A DNA stretch of 64,000 bases from Omnitrophica WOR_2 bacterium GWF2_43_52 (GTDB lineage: Bacteria > Omnitrophota > Gorgyraeia > Gygaellales > UBA12090). Made by a program: the position numbers and the translations under genes. The notes beneath the pieces are model-generated. The model searched no databases, was not told where the DNA came from, and worked only from the letters and a program-made list of their open reading frames with translations. Below are positions 22,716-33,388 of this stretch, piece after piece (within the stretch, counting starts at the first letter, position 1; each line of letters starts with the position of its first letter). The stretch covers positions 10,613 to 74,612 of the forward strand of contig MHGF01000022.1 of NCBI GenBank assembly GCA_001805445.1. Direction: 5' to 3'.

Positions 22716-25520
22716 CTAAACCTTCGGCAAGGTAAAACTGAATTTGGCCCCCTGTCCCAGTTCACTTTCAACCCACATTCTGCCATTATGCAGCTCGACT
22801 ATTTCTTTAGCAATAGAAAGGCCTAATCCCGTACCTCGTTCACCTGGAGATGCCGCGCGGCTGAATTGCTCAAACTTACTAAAAAGTTTAGGAATATTTT
22901 CTTTGGCAATCCCTATTCCTGTATCCGTTACCGCGCACTCAACGGTATCAATTTTATCAATAATGGAGATTTCAATGGAACCCCGCGGGGTAAATTTGAA
23001 GGCATTGCCTACCAAATTCGTAAAAACCTGAATAATCCTGTCCCTGTCTAAGGCAATCTCTATCTTCTCTTTGGAAAAGTTCTCTTTAAGCACTATATGA
23101 GTATCCTGTGTTTTAAAATGAAAGATTGCAACCACCCCTCGGGCAACACTCACGATATCCGTGATTTCTTTTTTTATTTTAAGCTTCCCTGCCTCAATCT
23201 TTGAAATATCCAGAAGGTTATCGATAATCCGCGAAAGCCTGTCAATATGCTCCAAGGCTAATACCAAAACCTCTTTCTGTGTAGTGCTTATCCCTCCGTG
23301 TAAACCTTCAAAAACCTGGGAAACGCCTTCTTTAATTACCGCCATGGGCGTACGCAGTTCGTGCGATACGACAGAAACAAACTCATCCTTGAGGCGTTCG
23401 ATTTCCTTACGCTGGGCGATATCCTCTTTTACCGCCACATAATGGGTAATCATGCCTTCGCTATTACGGATAGCGGAAATAGAACTAAATTCCCAGTACA
23501 ATTCACCGTTTTTCTTTTTATTGCGCAGCTCTCCCCGCCATTCCTTGCCGGCAGTAATGGTTCCCCACAACTGCTTATAGACATCGGCAGAAACCTCCCC
23601 AGATTTTAGTATCTTGATATTCTCGCCTACAGCTTCGTCAAAAGTATATCCGGTTAATTGCGTGAATTTTGGATTCACGTATTCAATTTTTCCCGCGGTA
23701 TCGGTTATTACGATACCGCTAGGAGCCTGCTCTATAGCCCTCTGCAGCCTGCGGATTTCTTCTTCCTGCTGTTTGCGTTTGATAAACTGCCCTATCTGGC
23801 TTCCGACAGAATCAAACATATGCAAAAGCTCAGCATCAGGCTTACGCAGCTCGTGGCTGAAAAACTCAAAGACGCCGATAACTTCGCGTTCAATGCGGAT
23901 AGGAAACCCGAATGCCCCATGAAGGCCTGCCTTGCCCGCAACCTCAACACGGGGGAAATTACTATCTTTGGTTACATCTTCAATCCATCCGGGCGTATTA
24001 TTCATCCATACCCGCCCCGGGAGCCCCACATGCGCGGGAAAACTGATCGTAAAACAGGCATTGATGAAATCATCCGCTTCAAGCTCAGGGACATGCCATA
24101 GTTCCGCGCAATTCAATTGATCGCTGATTTGATTAACCGTCCAGATTGCCCCCAAGTCCCAGCCCAGCGTTTCACAGACAATCTGAAGAATTTTAGAATT
24201 CGCCTCATGCAGTGTCATCGATGTTGACAAAAGCATCGCGACGGCATATTGCACGTCGGAACGCTGTTCCATGCGCTTACGCCTTGAGATATCTTCTTCC
24301 AGCTCGGCATTGGCGTTTTTCAGATTGGCATAGGACTGCCTCAATTTATTGCCTATCGTATTAAACGCGCTGGCTACTTCCGCTAACTCATCTCTATTCT
24401 TGACCACAATATCACTGCCCATACTCTCCATAGACATTGTATCTGCCACAGTATTAAGCAGAGATACAGTATTTTTGACGGATAGATAAAAAGCAATAAT
24501 AAAATAGCTCACTATAGCCAACATAATGCAGGCGAGAAGTTCAACAAAGTATTTCTTCCGGTTAAACCTCCTGATGCGCTCCTCTAGCAATCTATCAAGT
24601 GCCGGGCCAATTGCCTCGCAAAGCTTGAAATTCTCTTCGCTGGCGTTGGCCACAAGAGAATAATAATCGGCCAGAGATATCTCAATGGCCTCTTTGTTTA
24701 ACACCTGGGTATCCAGGAGCTGTAAAAAAAGCTCTGAAGCCGAATTATTCTCTTGCAGGGATATTCCCAATCGTGGCTTAAGTCCGGCATTATTGGTAAA
24801 AGCAGTTTCCATTCCCTTATTCATCAACTGCAAGGTAGTTTTTGTTGTGGCGCTTAACCCAAACAAAAGAGACCTCTCCGCAGGAGATTCAATTTTCTTT
24901 CTGGCTACCGCGGATAAAGCAAAAATTCCCGCCTGATTTAAAGATTCGCTGATAAGCGGAATTTTATTCACCAGCGCGTCCATCAGATAATAACTATCCA
25001 AATCAGGATCTAGGATAAGATTAGAGCTATCCCCCGCTTTGGTAATAAGTGAAAGGATGAGCGAATGAAAGAGAGTATACTCATCATACTTTTTCGATGA
25101 CACATCATCCCAGGATTTAGCTTTTAACTGTTGCCAGCGGGCTTTTATCTCTAGCCAGTCTTTGGTAACATCCAACATATCGCCAAGCCTTATGCTAGCC
25201 TCATCAATGATGGTAAAGGCATTGGTAATTTCTTCTTCTTTGGCGCTTATCCTTTCCTTAAAATAGATATCGCCATTATGATACATCGCCAGCATGCCTT
25301 TATACTGCTGAACATGGTTTAAAAGCCTTTCAAGCGGCAGAATATATTCAACCCCTTTTCTTTCTTTTTGGGCAAAGCTGGCCTTAAGATTGACCTCTGT
25401 AATCAAAAGATACATCACGACCCCAAGGGGAAGAACAAAAATCAAGCCGATGAGAAGGAATTTCTGCAGGTATTTGAGGGTATTGAGCAGCGTAATGGCT
25501 GGGGAAAAAATAGTTTTCAT
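22716..25520 (-). CDS. Membrane sensor histidine kinase (periplasmic sensor-HAMP-GAF-PAS-HisKA-HATPase)
   Basis: SHELRTP, NLVGNAFKFT, DTGIGI, GTGLGL; PAS YVNPKF; GAF GLPGRVW. Confidence 0.93.
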   Translation of the reverse strand: MKTIFSPAITLLNTLKYLQKFLLIGLIFVLPLGVVMYLLITEVNLKASFAQKERKGVEYILPLERLLNHVQQYKGMLAMYHNGDIYFKERISAKEEEITNAFTIIDEASIRLGDMLDVTKDWLEIKARWQQLKAKSWDDVSSKKYDEYTLFHSLILSLITKAGDSSNLILDPDLDSYYLMDALVNKIPLISESLNQAGIFALSAVARKKIESPAERSLLFGLSATTKTTLQLMNKGMETAFTNNAGLKPRLGISLQENNSASELFLQLLDTQVLNKEAIEISLADYYSLVANASEENFKLCEAIGPALDRLLEERIRRFNRKKYFVELLACIMLAIVSYFIIAFYLSVKNTVSLLNTVADTMSMESMGSDIVVKNRDELAEVASAFNTIGNKLRQSYANLKNANAELEEDISRRKRMEQRSDVQYAVAMLLSTSMTLHEANSKILQIVCETLGWDLGAIWTVNQISDQLNCAELWHVPELEADDFINACFTISFPAHVGLPGRVWMNNTPGWIEDVTKDSNFPRVEVAGKAGLHGAFGFPIRIEREVIGVFEFFSHELRKPDAELLHMFDSVGSQIGQFIKRKQQEEEIRRLQRAIEQAPSGIVITDTAGKIEYVNPKFTQLTGYTFDEAVGENIKILKSGEVSADVYKQLWGTITAGKEWRGELRNKKKNGELYWEFSSISAIRNSEGMITHYVAVKEDIAQRKEIERLKDEFVSVVSHELRTPMAVIKEGVSQVFEGLHGGISTTQKEVLVLALEHIDRLSRIIDNLLDISKIEAGKLKIKKEITDIVSVARGVVAIFHFKTQDTHIVLKENFSKEKIEIALDRDRIIQVFTNLVGNAFKFTPRGSIEISIIDKIDTVECAVTDTGIGIAKENIPKLFSKFEQFSRAASPGERGTGLGLSIAKEIVELHNGRMWVESELGQGAKFSFTLPKV

Positions 25521-25595
25521 AATTATTACGTTAGACTATACCATTGCTTCTTTTCTGTCAAGCGAATCCTTAGAGAGTATTGAAAAAATACTTTT

Positions 25596-25682
25596 TTACA
25601 CGAATTCTCACGAATTCAATGCCGAATTACCACAAATTGCCGGCGAGACACATTCGTGTAAATGTAACAAAAATTCGTGCTT
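25596..25682. repeat. CACGAAT foldback array
   Basis: Direct then inverted units. Confidence 0.75.
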
Positions 25683-25719
25683 AACTTAATCTTTCGGCAA
25701 CCTCCTTAAAATCCCCCAG

Positions 25720-25746
25720 TAGTTACCACTTTTTCAGTGGTAACTA
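25720..25746. repeat. Palindrome TAGTTACCACT-TTTTC-AGTGGTAACTA
   Basis: Perfect 11-bp arms; matches the middle layer of the 6039-6215 element. Confidence 0.7.
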
Positions 25747-25747
25747 T

Positions 25748-27241
25748 TTATCGCGGTAAATAAAAATAAGCGCCAGGAATACTGCTTAACCAGTGCGTAA
25801 TCTTCAATAAAAACCCAAGCGAATAATTCGTAGTAGCGGCAATCGGTGCCGCGATGGCAGGGAAAATGAGCGCGGACAAGCCAAGGCTAAAGCCCAAAAC
25901 GATAATCAGGCTTGTATAAGGAACGATGATCAGGTTAGCCAACACGGTTATCGGGCTTACAATCCTAAAATAGTAGGCTATGGCCCCGGCAGTCACAAAC
26001 CATGCCGCCAAAGAAACAGAAAAACAGTTGATACTCCATTTCTTTACCTGCATCGCTGTTTTTGTAAGGCGGTTTACGGCGGAAGGCCTTTCGGGCACAG
26101 GATTGCCGCGCGCGCCTAAAAAACTTTCAATACGCCCTGACAATAACACTATCCCCAAAACACTCACAAAAGAAAGCTGAAACCCGATGTCAAAGAGCTG
26201 TAAGGGATTAGCGCCTAAAATAATAAGCGCTGCCAAACCAAGGCTATTGGTAATCTGAGATTCTCTTTCCATTAAATAACCGCTGAGCACAATAATTGCC
26301 ATAATCGTTGCCCGCACCACTGAGGCACTTGCTCCCACCGCATACATATGCATAATCAAAAGAGGTATGGTAAGATAATAACGCGGTTTTCGCTTTATTC
26401 CTAAAGCCTTCAAAATAATTAAAACAACAAACGCAACGATTCCCACGTTAAAACCGCTTATGGCAATAATATGGCTTGTGCCTGTTCGCACAAAAGCGTC
26501 TCGGATAGCGTGAGGAAAATTCTGGCGTTCCCCCAGGATGATTCCCGAAAGGATACGGCTGTTTTCAGGCCAAAGGTAGGCTTCAAATATACTTTTAAAT
26601 GTATGTTTTGCCTTAAGGGCAAACGCCTTTACTCTATTGCTTTGCGCCTTTTGTAAAAAAACAATCCCATCTTCTTTGGTAACACTCAAGATATAGGCTA
26701 TCCCCTGGTTTTTAAGATACTCCCGATACGAAAAGCTTTTCCCGCCAAAATTAAACGGCCTATACAGCCTTCCCTCTAAAATCAAGCTATCCCCATAAGC
26801 AAATTTTTCTTTTTTAAACACATTGACGACGATGTATCCTTTCATTTCATAGTCTCTGCCTGCGACGATAAGTTTTTTACTGTTGAGAATAAAACTTACT
26901 TTGCGAGCGCTATAGGCAGGATCATTTTCAATGATTCCCTCTATGTGAACAGGCAGCGAGTGTTGTAGATTTAAAGAGGCGTTGTGCCGGTAATGCGGGA
27001 AAAGATAATTATTACAATGTAAGGCGCCTAACCCAAAACAAAACACTAAAAAAATAAAGGAAAAGAGGGCGTCTTTCTCCTTACTCCATACTGCAATCAC
27101 CAAAGAAAGGGCGCACCAAATAAACCATACAAAAAATGGGATAGCGCTAGCGTAAGCTATCACTATCCCAAGGATAAAAAATACCGCTACAGCGGTAAGA
27201 ATGGGAATTTGGTTTAAATGAGCGGTAATTTTATTCAACAA
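25748..27241 (-). CDS. comEC: ComEC/Rec2 competence protein
   Basis: GTSHIIAISGFNV, SVVRA, GFQLSF. Confidence 0.92.
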   Translation of the reverse strand: MLNKITAHLNQIPILTAVAVFFILGIVIAYASAIPFFVWFIWCALSLVIAVWSKEKDALFSFIFLVFCFGLGALHCNNYLFPHYRHNASLNLQHSLPVHIEGIIENDPAYSARKVSFILNSKKLIVAGRDYEMKGYIVVNVFKKEKFAYGDSLILEGRLYRPFNFGGKSFSYREYLKNQGIAYILSVTKEDGIVFLQKAQSNRVKAFALKAKHTFKSIFEAYLWPENSRILSGIILGERQNFPHAIRDAFVRTGTSHIIAISGFNVGIVAFVVLIILKALGIKRKPRYYLTIPLLIMHMYAVGASASVVRATIMAIIVLSGYLMERESQITNSLGLAALIILGANPLQLFDIGFQLSFVSVLGIVLLSGRIESFLGARGNPVPERPSAVNRLTKTAMQVKKWSINCFSVSLAAWFVTAGAIAYYFRIVSPITVLANLIIVPYTSLIIVLGFSLGLSALIFPAIAAPIAATTNYSLGFLLKITHWLSSIPGAYFYLPR

Positions 27242-27572
27242 TAATGCTGTCTTTTAAAAGTTCAAATTTCCTGTTTCCTATGCCCTTGACTTTTTTAATA
27301 TCCTCTATTGTCTTAAATCCTCCGCTGGTCACGCGGTACTCAATAATCCTTGAGGCTAATTCAGGGCCGATTCCGGGGAGGGAAATCAATTCATCCGGAG
27401 AAGCATTTCCAAGATTGATTTTTTTACTACTGCTTTCTTGTGAAGAGATATCGGAAAAATAATTTTTAAAGCGGGGGTTGTGCTTAGCAATATAAGAAAT
27501 ACTGATGCCTAGAAACACAACAGAAGAAACAAAAAGCAAGACTATTTTTTCCTGGCGCGTGAGGTTAACCAT
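27231..27572 (-). CDS. comEA: ComEA-like helix-hairpin-helix protein
   Basis: INL..A...LPGIG...VKGIG. Confidence 0.88.
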   Translation of the reverse strand: MVNLTRQEKIVLLFVSSVVFLGISISYIAKHNPRFKNYFSDISSQESSSKKINLGNASPDELISLPGIGPELASRIIEYRVTSGGFKTIEDIKKVKGIGNRKFELLKDSIIVE

Positions 27573-27576
27573 GCGG

Positions 27577-28674
27577 CTACAACTGCTTTGTTCGATACCC
27601 TTTTTTCTCTAAAAGCCTCAGGATGCCTTTATCGCCTAGCATATGCCCTGAGCCCACGACAACAAAATACGTCCCTTGTGTTTTTAGAAAACCATCTATT
27701 TTGGAAGCCATTGTAAGGTTACGCTCATAAAAAAGCTTTTCGTATATCGGCAGAAAGCGAGGATGTTCCGCCAAGCCTTTAAAGGCCATCTGCTCCATTG
27801 CTTTGGCATTGCCGGAAACCCACGATGCGTATAAGGCATCCACCCTTTTTTCAAGATTATCCAAATCCGTAAGGGTAGATACCAAAAATAGGTCTTGATG
27901 GGCATCCGAAAAGTTATTAAATAGCGTAACCTGAAAATCAATACTCTCAAGCTCCATGATTTTTTTGTCTTTGGCTTTCTTGAGAAAATGAATGTCAATG
28001 CCTGCTTCAGTATCAAAACCCCGCAGTTTCAATTCTATGGCTGAAAGTGTCATTGCTACAAACCACGGTTTAAATATCTCAAACTGGCTGATATCAAGCC
28101 CTAAGGCAGCACATCTGGTTTTTACCAACGCGTAACTTTCGGCTGATACGTGGTTTTTAAACGTATCGCCTGCCTGGTATACTGAGGTGGATAAGGTGAG
28201 CATTTGCATGTGGGAAAGTTTACCGGCATCGGTAATATCAGCCTCTACAACAAGGGTATCGGCGGCACGAAAGGCATCTTCAATTTTCTGCGGCAGAGGG
28301 TACCATCCCGGCTTGGCGGCATGAATAGAGCCGAGTAAATATACGTTACTGCCTGCGGAAGATTTAATTTCCCATAAGAAACAGGTAGCTGATTGAGAAG
28401 AACTTCCGAGGGAAAGTGTTGAGGCTGAAGCATTACCCTGCCTTACGGCGGGTGAGGTTTTAGCAACAACAGCTTGAGGGGCTTCGGATATTCTGCTTAT
28501 TTCATCTTTATCATAGGTTAAGGTAACACCTTGAAAGTTAACCTTGATAGTGGTATCAGTCTTTTCTACGATTTTTCCTTCAACTTTAGTGCCGGATTTC
28601 AGGTAAATCGTATCCGCGAAAACAGAAGCCGGCAAGAGTACTATTCCAAGAAGAAAGAGTATTTTTCTAATCAT
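27577..28674 (-). CDS. TraB/GumN family protein
   Basis: YLLGSIH, ELES..Q, ERN, FVVVGSGH. Confidence 0.88.
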   Translation of the reverse strand: MIRKILFLLGIVLLPASVFADTIYLKSGTKVEGKIVEKTDTTIKVNFQGVTLTYDKDEISRISEAPQAVVAKTSPAVRQGNASASTLSLGSSSQSATCFLWEIKSSAGSNVYLLGSIHAAKPGWYPLPQKIEDAFRAADTLVVEADITDAGKLSHMQMLTLSTSVYQAGDTFKNHVSAESYALVKTRCAALGLDISQFEIFKPWFVAMTLSAIELKLRGFDTEAGIDIHFLKKAKDKKIMELESIDFQVTLFNNFSDAHQDLFLVSTLTDLDNLEKRVDALYASWVSGNAKAMEQMAFKGLAEHPRFLPIYEKLFYERNLTMASKIDGFLKTQGTYFVVVGSGHMLGDKGILRLLEKKGYRTKQL

Positions 28675-28685
28675 TGTACCAGAGG

Positions 28686-31118
28686 CTATACTACGATACT
28701 GACCAATTTTGAGGGGACGACAATGATATTTTTAACCTGTTTTCCCTGAAGCCAGGGAATAAGCTTTTCGTCACTGAGCACACGCTTTTTAAGCTTTTCT
28801 TCATCGATATCCGAAGCCACCTCTATTTTAAAACGCACCTTGCCGTTTACCTGGACTACCATCGTTACCATCGCTTCAACCAATAAAGTAGGGTCATGCA
28901 GAGGCCATTGGCTTTTAAAAATGCTTTCCTCGTTGCCTAAAATCTGCCAAAGCTCTTCCGCAAAATGCGGCATAAAAGGGCTTAACATAAGGACAAGCTT
29001 TGAAAAAACCTCCTTATCCGCGCCCAACTGATAGATGGCATTCACTAACTCCATAAGGCTGGCGATCGCGGTATTGAATTTGAAAGCAGCGACGTCATCT
29101 GAAACTTTTTTTATAGTCTTATGTAAGATACGTATAAGGTGAGGCTCCGGCGTATCTTTCAAATTCTCCTGGATGCGCCAGACGCGGTTTAAAAATTTAA
29201 ACGCCCCTTCAATCCCGCGGTCATCCCACTCAAGCTCGGTTTCCGGTGGCGCGGCAAAAAGAATAAACAACCGTAAGGAGTCCGCGCCGTATTTTTGAAT
29301 GATTGAGTCAGGGTCAACGATATTGCCTTTTGACTTTGACATTACTTCGCCATCTTTTAACACCATGCCTTGGGTAAGCAGGCATCGAAATGGCTCATCG
29401 TGGCCGCTGCAATTATCGGCTGCGGATGGAAAATCTACCATTCCTAAATCCCTAAAAAACTTGGTAAAAAAACGGGAATAAAGCAGATGCAAAATCGCAT
29501 GCTCAATCCCTCCGATATATTGGTCAACCGGCATCCAATAGCGAGCTTCCTGCGTATTAAATGGGGCAGAATCATCTTTTGGTGAGCAAAATCGTAAGAA
29601 ATACCATGAAGAATCAAAAAAAGTAGCCATAGTATCGGTTTCCCGACGGGCAGGAGCATCGCATTGTGGGCAGGCCACATTCACAAATGACTCAACCTTT
29701 CCTAAGGGGCTGCCGCCTTCTCCGGTAAACGGGGCGTCCGCCGGTAACACAACCGGCAAATCTTTATACGGCACGCCAACCACGCCGCAAGCCTTGCAAT
29801 AAATCATAGGAATGGGTGTGCCCCAATAGCGCTGGCGCGAAATCAACCAATCCCGCAGGCGCCAATGAGTTACAATTTTGCCCATCCCTTTATCCTGCAT
29901 CCACTGGGCAATTTTTGTTTTGGCTTCTTGATTCGGCAAGCCGTTAAACTCACCTGAATTAACCTGCAGGCCATCACCCGCATAGGCTCCAGTCATCTCA
30001 TCTGGTGACTTGGTGACTTGGTGACTTGGTGACTTTATCACAATTCGCATCGGCAGATGATGTTCCTTGGCAAAAAGAAAATCCCGCTGATCATGAGTCG
30101 GCACCGCCATAATTGCCCCTGTGCCGTATTCCATCAATACATAATCCGCAATCCAGATGGGGATAACCTCATTATTCACCGGATTAACGCAGAATGTGCC
30201 GGTAAAAAGCCCTTCTTTCTTAACATCTTCCTTAACCCTGGCTATTTTACTTTCCTTGGATACCTTATCGATAAAGTCCAGAACGTCCTTCTCCTGAGGT
30301 TTCCCCTTAATCAACTCCTTGACCAAAGGATGTTCCGGCGCAAGGACCACATAGGTTGCCCCAAAAATCGTATCTGCCCGCGTGGTAAAAACCGTAATGA
30401 CGGTATCATTTTCTTTTAAACGAAAATATATTTCTACCCCCTGGCTTTTTCCTATCCAATTCTTCTGCATAGCGATAACCCGCTCAGGCCAGTGTTGCAG
30501 CCGGTTTAAGTCATCCAAAAGACGCTCTTTATAGTCGGTAATTTTTAGAAACCACTGTTCCAGCTCTTTTTGCTGGACAGGGTTATGACAGCGCCAGCAT
30601 TCTCCGTCAATAACCTCTTCATTGGCCAAGGTCGTCTGGCACGAAGGGCACCAGTTGACGCTTGAGGCCTTTTGGTAGGCAAGGCCGCGCTCATACATCT
30701 TCAGGAATATCCACTGATTCCACCTGTAGTAAGTACTATCGCAGGTTGAGAGCTCCCTCTCCCAATCATAGGAAAAACCCATTTTCTCTAATTCTATCTT
30801 CATCCAGTCAATACACTTATGGGTCCAGCTATCGGGCTTGGTATTATTTTTGATGGCGGCATTTTCCGCCGGCTGGCCAAAGGCGTCAAAACCCATAGGA
30901 TGCAGCACCGAATAACCCTCAAGCCATTTATAGCGGCTATAGACATCGCCAATGGTATAGTTACGCACGTGGCCCATATGGATTTTCCCGGACGGATAAG
31001 GAAACATCTCCAGGCAATAGAACTTTTTCTTTTCCGGAGCGTGCGAGGCCTTAAAAATCTGCTTCTCCTGCCAATAGCACTGCCACTTCTCTTCTATTTC
31101 TTTAAATGAATAGCTCAT
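28686..31118 (-). CDS. leuS: Leucine-tRNA ligase
   Basis: [28 protein letters not shown]. Confidence 0.98.
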   Translation of the reverse strand: MSYSFKEIEEKWQCYWQEKQIFKASHAPEKKKFYCLEMFPYPSGKIHMGHVRNYTIGDVYSRYKWLEGYSVLHPMGFDAFGQPAENAAIKNNTKPDSWTHKCIDWMKIELEKMGFSYDWERELSTCDSTYYRWNQWIFLKMYERGLAYQKASSVNWCPSCQTTLANEEVIDGECWRCHNPVQQKELEQWFLKITDYKERLLDDLNRLQHWPERVIAMQKNWIGKSQGVEIYFRLKENDTVITVFTTRADTIFGATYVVLAPEHPLVKELIKGKPQEKDVLDFIDKVSKESKIARVKEDVKKEGLFTGTFCVNPVNNEVIPIWIADYVLMEYGTGAIMAVPTHDQRDFLFAKEHHLPMRIVIKSPSHQVTKSPDEMTGAYAGDGLQVNSGEFNGLPNQEAKTKIAQWMQDKGMGKIVTHWRLRDWLISRQRYWGTPIPMIYCKACGVVGVPYKDLPVVLPADAPFTGEGGSPLGKVESFVNVACPQCDAPARRETDTMATFFDSSWYFLRFCSPKDDSAPFNTQEARYWMPVDQYIGGIEHAILHLLYSRFFTKFFRDLGMVDFPSAADNCSGHDEPFRCLLTQGMVLKDGEVMSKSKGNIVDPDSIIQKYGADSLRLFILFAAPPETELEWDDRGIEGAFKFLNRVWRIQENLKDTPEPHLIRILHKTIKKVSDDVAAFKFNTAIASLMELVNAIYQLGADKEVFSKLVLMLSPFMPHFAEELWQILGNEESIFKSQWPLHDPTLLVEAMVTMVVQVNGKVRFKIEVASDIDEEKLKKRVLSDEKLIPWLQGKQVKNIIVVPSKLVSIVV

Positions 31119-31127
31119 CTATTGTTA

Positions 31128-31511
31128 CTATATCCGCGCGGGAATAAGTGAAATCATCGTGCGTATCCCCCGCAGTACTTTCTCCATTTCGCAAGGCTTG
31201 GTTAAATAATGGTCTGCTTCCATGTTATAACACTTCTCGAGAGACGCCAACTCATCCTGTGCGCTCATAATCATTACCGGACGCCACTTATCCTTATGCT
31301 TTTCCCGTATTTCCTTGAGCACCTCAAAACCGTTAAGCTTAGGCATCATTAAATCCAGGAGAATAACATCGGGATTAGTTTCTGTGAGCTTTTCTAACGC
31401 TTCCTGGCCGTCATAGGCAACGACCGGCTCATAGCCTTCCCTGGTTAAACGATTCTTAAGCACCTCTATGATATCCTTATCATCATCAACCACTAATATT
31501 TTATACGCCAT
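31128..31511 (-). CDS. Single-domain response regulator
   Basis: VVDDD, LLDLMMP, YLTKP. Confidence 0.92.
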   Translation of the reverse strand: MAYKILVVDDDKDIIEVLKNRLTREGYEPVVAYDGQEALEKLTETNPDVILLDLMMPKLNGFEVLKEIREKHKDKWRPVMIMSAQDELASLEKCYNMEADHYLTKPCEMEKVLRGIRTMISLIPARI

Positions 31512-31584
31512 CGTTTTTATCGTGTAGTGCTCCGTGACAAAAAGTTATGTCACCGTCGAGTACACCGTGACATTAATTCTTGCA

Positions 31585-31664
31585 AAATAACCAAACATCA
31601 ATTTCCAATAACCAAATAATAACCAATGTGCCAATTATCAAACGATTTGGTTATTGGTGATTGA
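31585..31664. repeat. AATAACCAA-type repeat foldback
   Basis: ACCAA units then TTGGT units; same family as 47121-47268. Confidence 0.65.
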
Positions 31665-31680
31665 TACTCAATCATTTTAG

Positions 31681-32538
31681 TCACAGCGCACTAGTGGTGC
31701 CGATTAGTTTTTTGACCACTGCCAAATTCTGTTTATCCGCGGACTCGGAATCTTTCGGTGTCTCCAGGATAAAAGCAACGTCTTTGAGGCGCCTGTCATG
31801 TAAGAGCCGCCGAAAACCTGCTAAACCGATTTTTCCTTTACCAATATGTTCATGCCTGTCACGGTGGCTGGATAAAATATCCTTCGTATCGTTTAAATGA
31901 ATGAGCTTAAGCCGCTCAAAACCAACGATGGTATCTAACTGGCGCATGGTTTCTTTATAGCCATCTTCAGAAGCTAAATCATAGCCTGCGGCATAGGCGT
32001 GGCAGGTATCTAAACATATTCCTACCCTCTGTTTTTGCTCTAAACCATCAATAATCCGGCGGCTATGCTCAAAACAATACCCTAACCAAGAGCCTGATCC
32101 GGAAGTATTTTCCAAAAGAAGCTTGACCGGTGATTTTTTTGTCCTCTTTAAAATCATATTGAGTGCCGAAGTAATCCTTTTAATACCTAAATCCTCCCCG
32201 CTTTTTTTATGGCTGCCCATATGGGTTACGATATACTCTACGCCCAAGGCCTCGGCCTCTTTAATGTCTTCAATATAAGCCTTAACCGAATCCCTGTATA
32301 ATACCGCAAAAGGCGAGGCAAGGTTTATAAGATACGGCACATGCATAAACACGGGCGCAATATTACTTTCTGTCCTACGTTTTCTAAACTCCTCGATATC
32401 CTCAAGGCTTAAGCGCGCTTTACGCCACTGGCGGGGATCACGGGAGAATATCTGCATTGTAGTAACCCCAAGCGCCTTTGCCCTATCAATCGCCTCATAA
32501 ATATGCCCCGCCACTGAAACATGAACACCTATACGCAT
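31681..32538 (-). CDS. nfo: Endonuclease IV
   Basis: HVPYLINLAS, LLENT, DTCH, HLND, DRHEHIG, ILETP. Confidence 0.95.
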   Translation of the reverse strand: MRIGVHVSVAGHIYEAIDRAKALGVTTMQIFSRDPRQWRKARLSLEDIEEFRKRRTESNIAPVFMHVPYLINLASPFAVLYRDSVKAYIEDIKEAEALGVEYIVTHMGSHKKSGEDLGIKRITSALNMILKRTKKSPVKLLLENTSGSGSWLGYCFEHSRRIIDGLEQKQRVGICLDTCHAYAAGYDLASEDGYKETMRQLDTIVGFERLKLIHLNDTKDILSSHRDRHEHIGKGKIGLAGFRRLLHDRRLKDVAFILETPKDSESADKQNLAVVKKLIGTTSAL

Positions 32539-32575
32539 TGTTAAATTTTAGCACACTCAGAAGCTAATTGCCAAT

Positions 32576-32600
32576 AAAAAAGGGCAGGTCTACCCCGCCC
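32576..32600 (-). terminator. Intrinsic terminator at the left island edge
   Basis: GGGCGGG-GTAGA-CCTGCCC-TTTTTT. Confidence 0.7.
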
Positions 32601-32620
32601 AAAACGCAGACAAAAATGTT

Positions 32621-33388
32621 TTATCGTTGTGTCCCTTCCTTTATGTGATACGCAACTTTATTCTTCTTACAAAACTTAATAACTGCCTGAGCTGAACTGT
32701 TGTAGAATTCCTTAGTATATTTAAATTCAGAAGATTTAACGCTATAGTTAAGCCGGCCAAATATAATTTTGTTTACAAATGATACTGCCTCTAAGATCTC
32801 CCTCAAATCCTGCTTAATTAAATTTGGCGTTGGGTATGGTTCCATGCTCACCCAAGTTTTGAATCCTCTACTACTCAGGTTCTTTAAGGTTTTAACTCTG
32901 TCCTTAAAAGGAGCGGAATTCGGCTCAAATTCCTTCCTGAAATCTTCGCTCAAGGATACCAAAGTAATGCCATATTCATTATTCGTACTTTGCCCGTTTC
33001 TGTCCGCTAATTCTTTGGGATAGGTACCCTTAGTTAGCACTGTGCAACGAATACTATTTTGATTAAGCCTATCAATAATTTTAAGGCTTAATTCGCCTAC
33101 TTCCGGTTGATTATACATGAATGGATCCGTAGAAAAACACATGTGGACATATTTTATTTTTTCTTTATAGCGAGGGATCTCCTTGTCTAGAAGCTCTAAT
33201 GCATTAGAAACAATCTTAGGCCGGCACCAATCTTCATAGGTTTTGACTATACCACATCTTTTTTTCATCATATAAGCGTAGCAGGGATATTTACAGCCAT
33301 GAGAACAACCCTCTACATGGTTTAAGCAAAAGTCGGCATATTCAACGCCGCTTTGATAAAGTAAAGTTTTACGCTCTATCTGATTCAT
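32621..33388 (-). CDS. Radical SAM-like protein (SPL/DUF5131-related three-Cys motif)
   Basis: GCSHGCKYPCYA (CxxxCxxxC), STDP, LTK, WVSMEP; partner of TcmP. Confidence 0.75.
   Translation of the reverse strand: MNQIERKTLLYQSGVEYADFCLNHVEGCSHGCKYPCYAYMMKKRCGIVKTYEDWCRPKIVSNALELLDKEIPRYKEKIKYVHMCFSTDPFMYNQPEVGELSLKIIDRLNQNSIRCTVLTKGTYPKELADRNGQSTNNEYGITLVSLSEDFRKEFEPNSAPFKDRVKTLKNLSSRGFKTWVSMEPYPTPNLIKQDLREILEAVSFVNKIIFGRLNYSVKSSEFKYTKEFYNSSAQAVIKFCKKNKVAYHIKEGTQR

Noticed and set aside
31520-31575. GTGACA/TGTCAC palindrome before the response regulator
   Set aside because: Single locus; cannot tell an operator from a MITE remnant.
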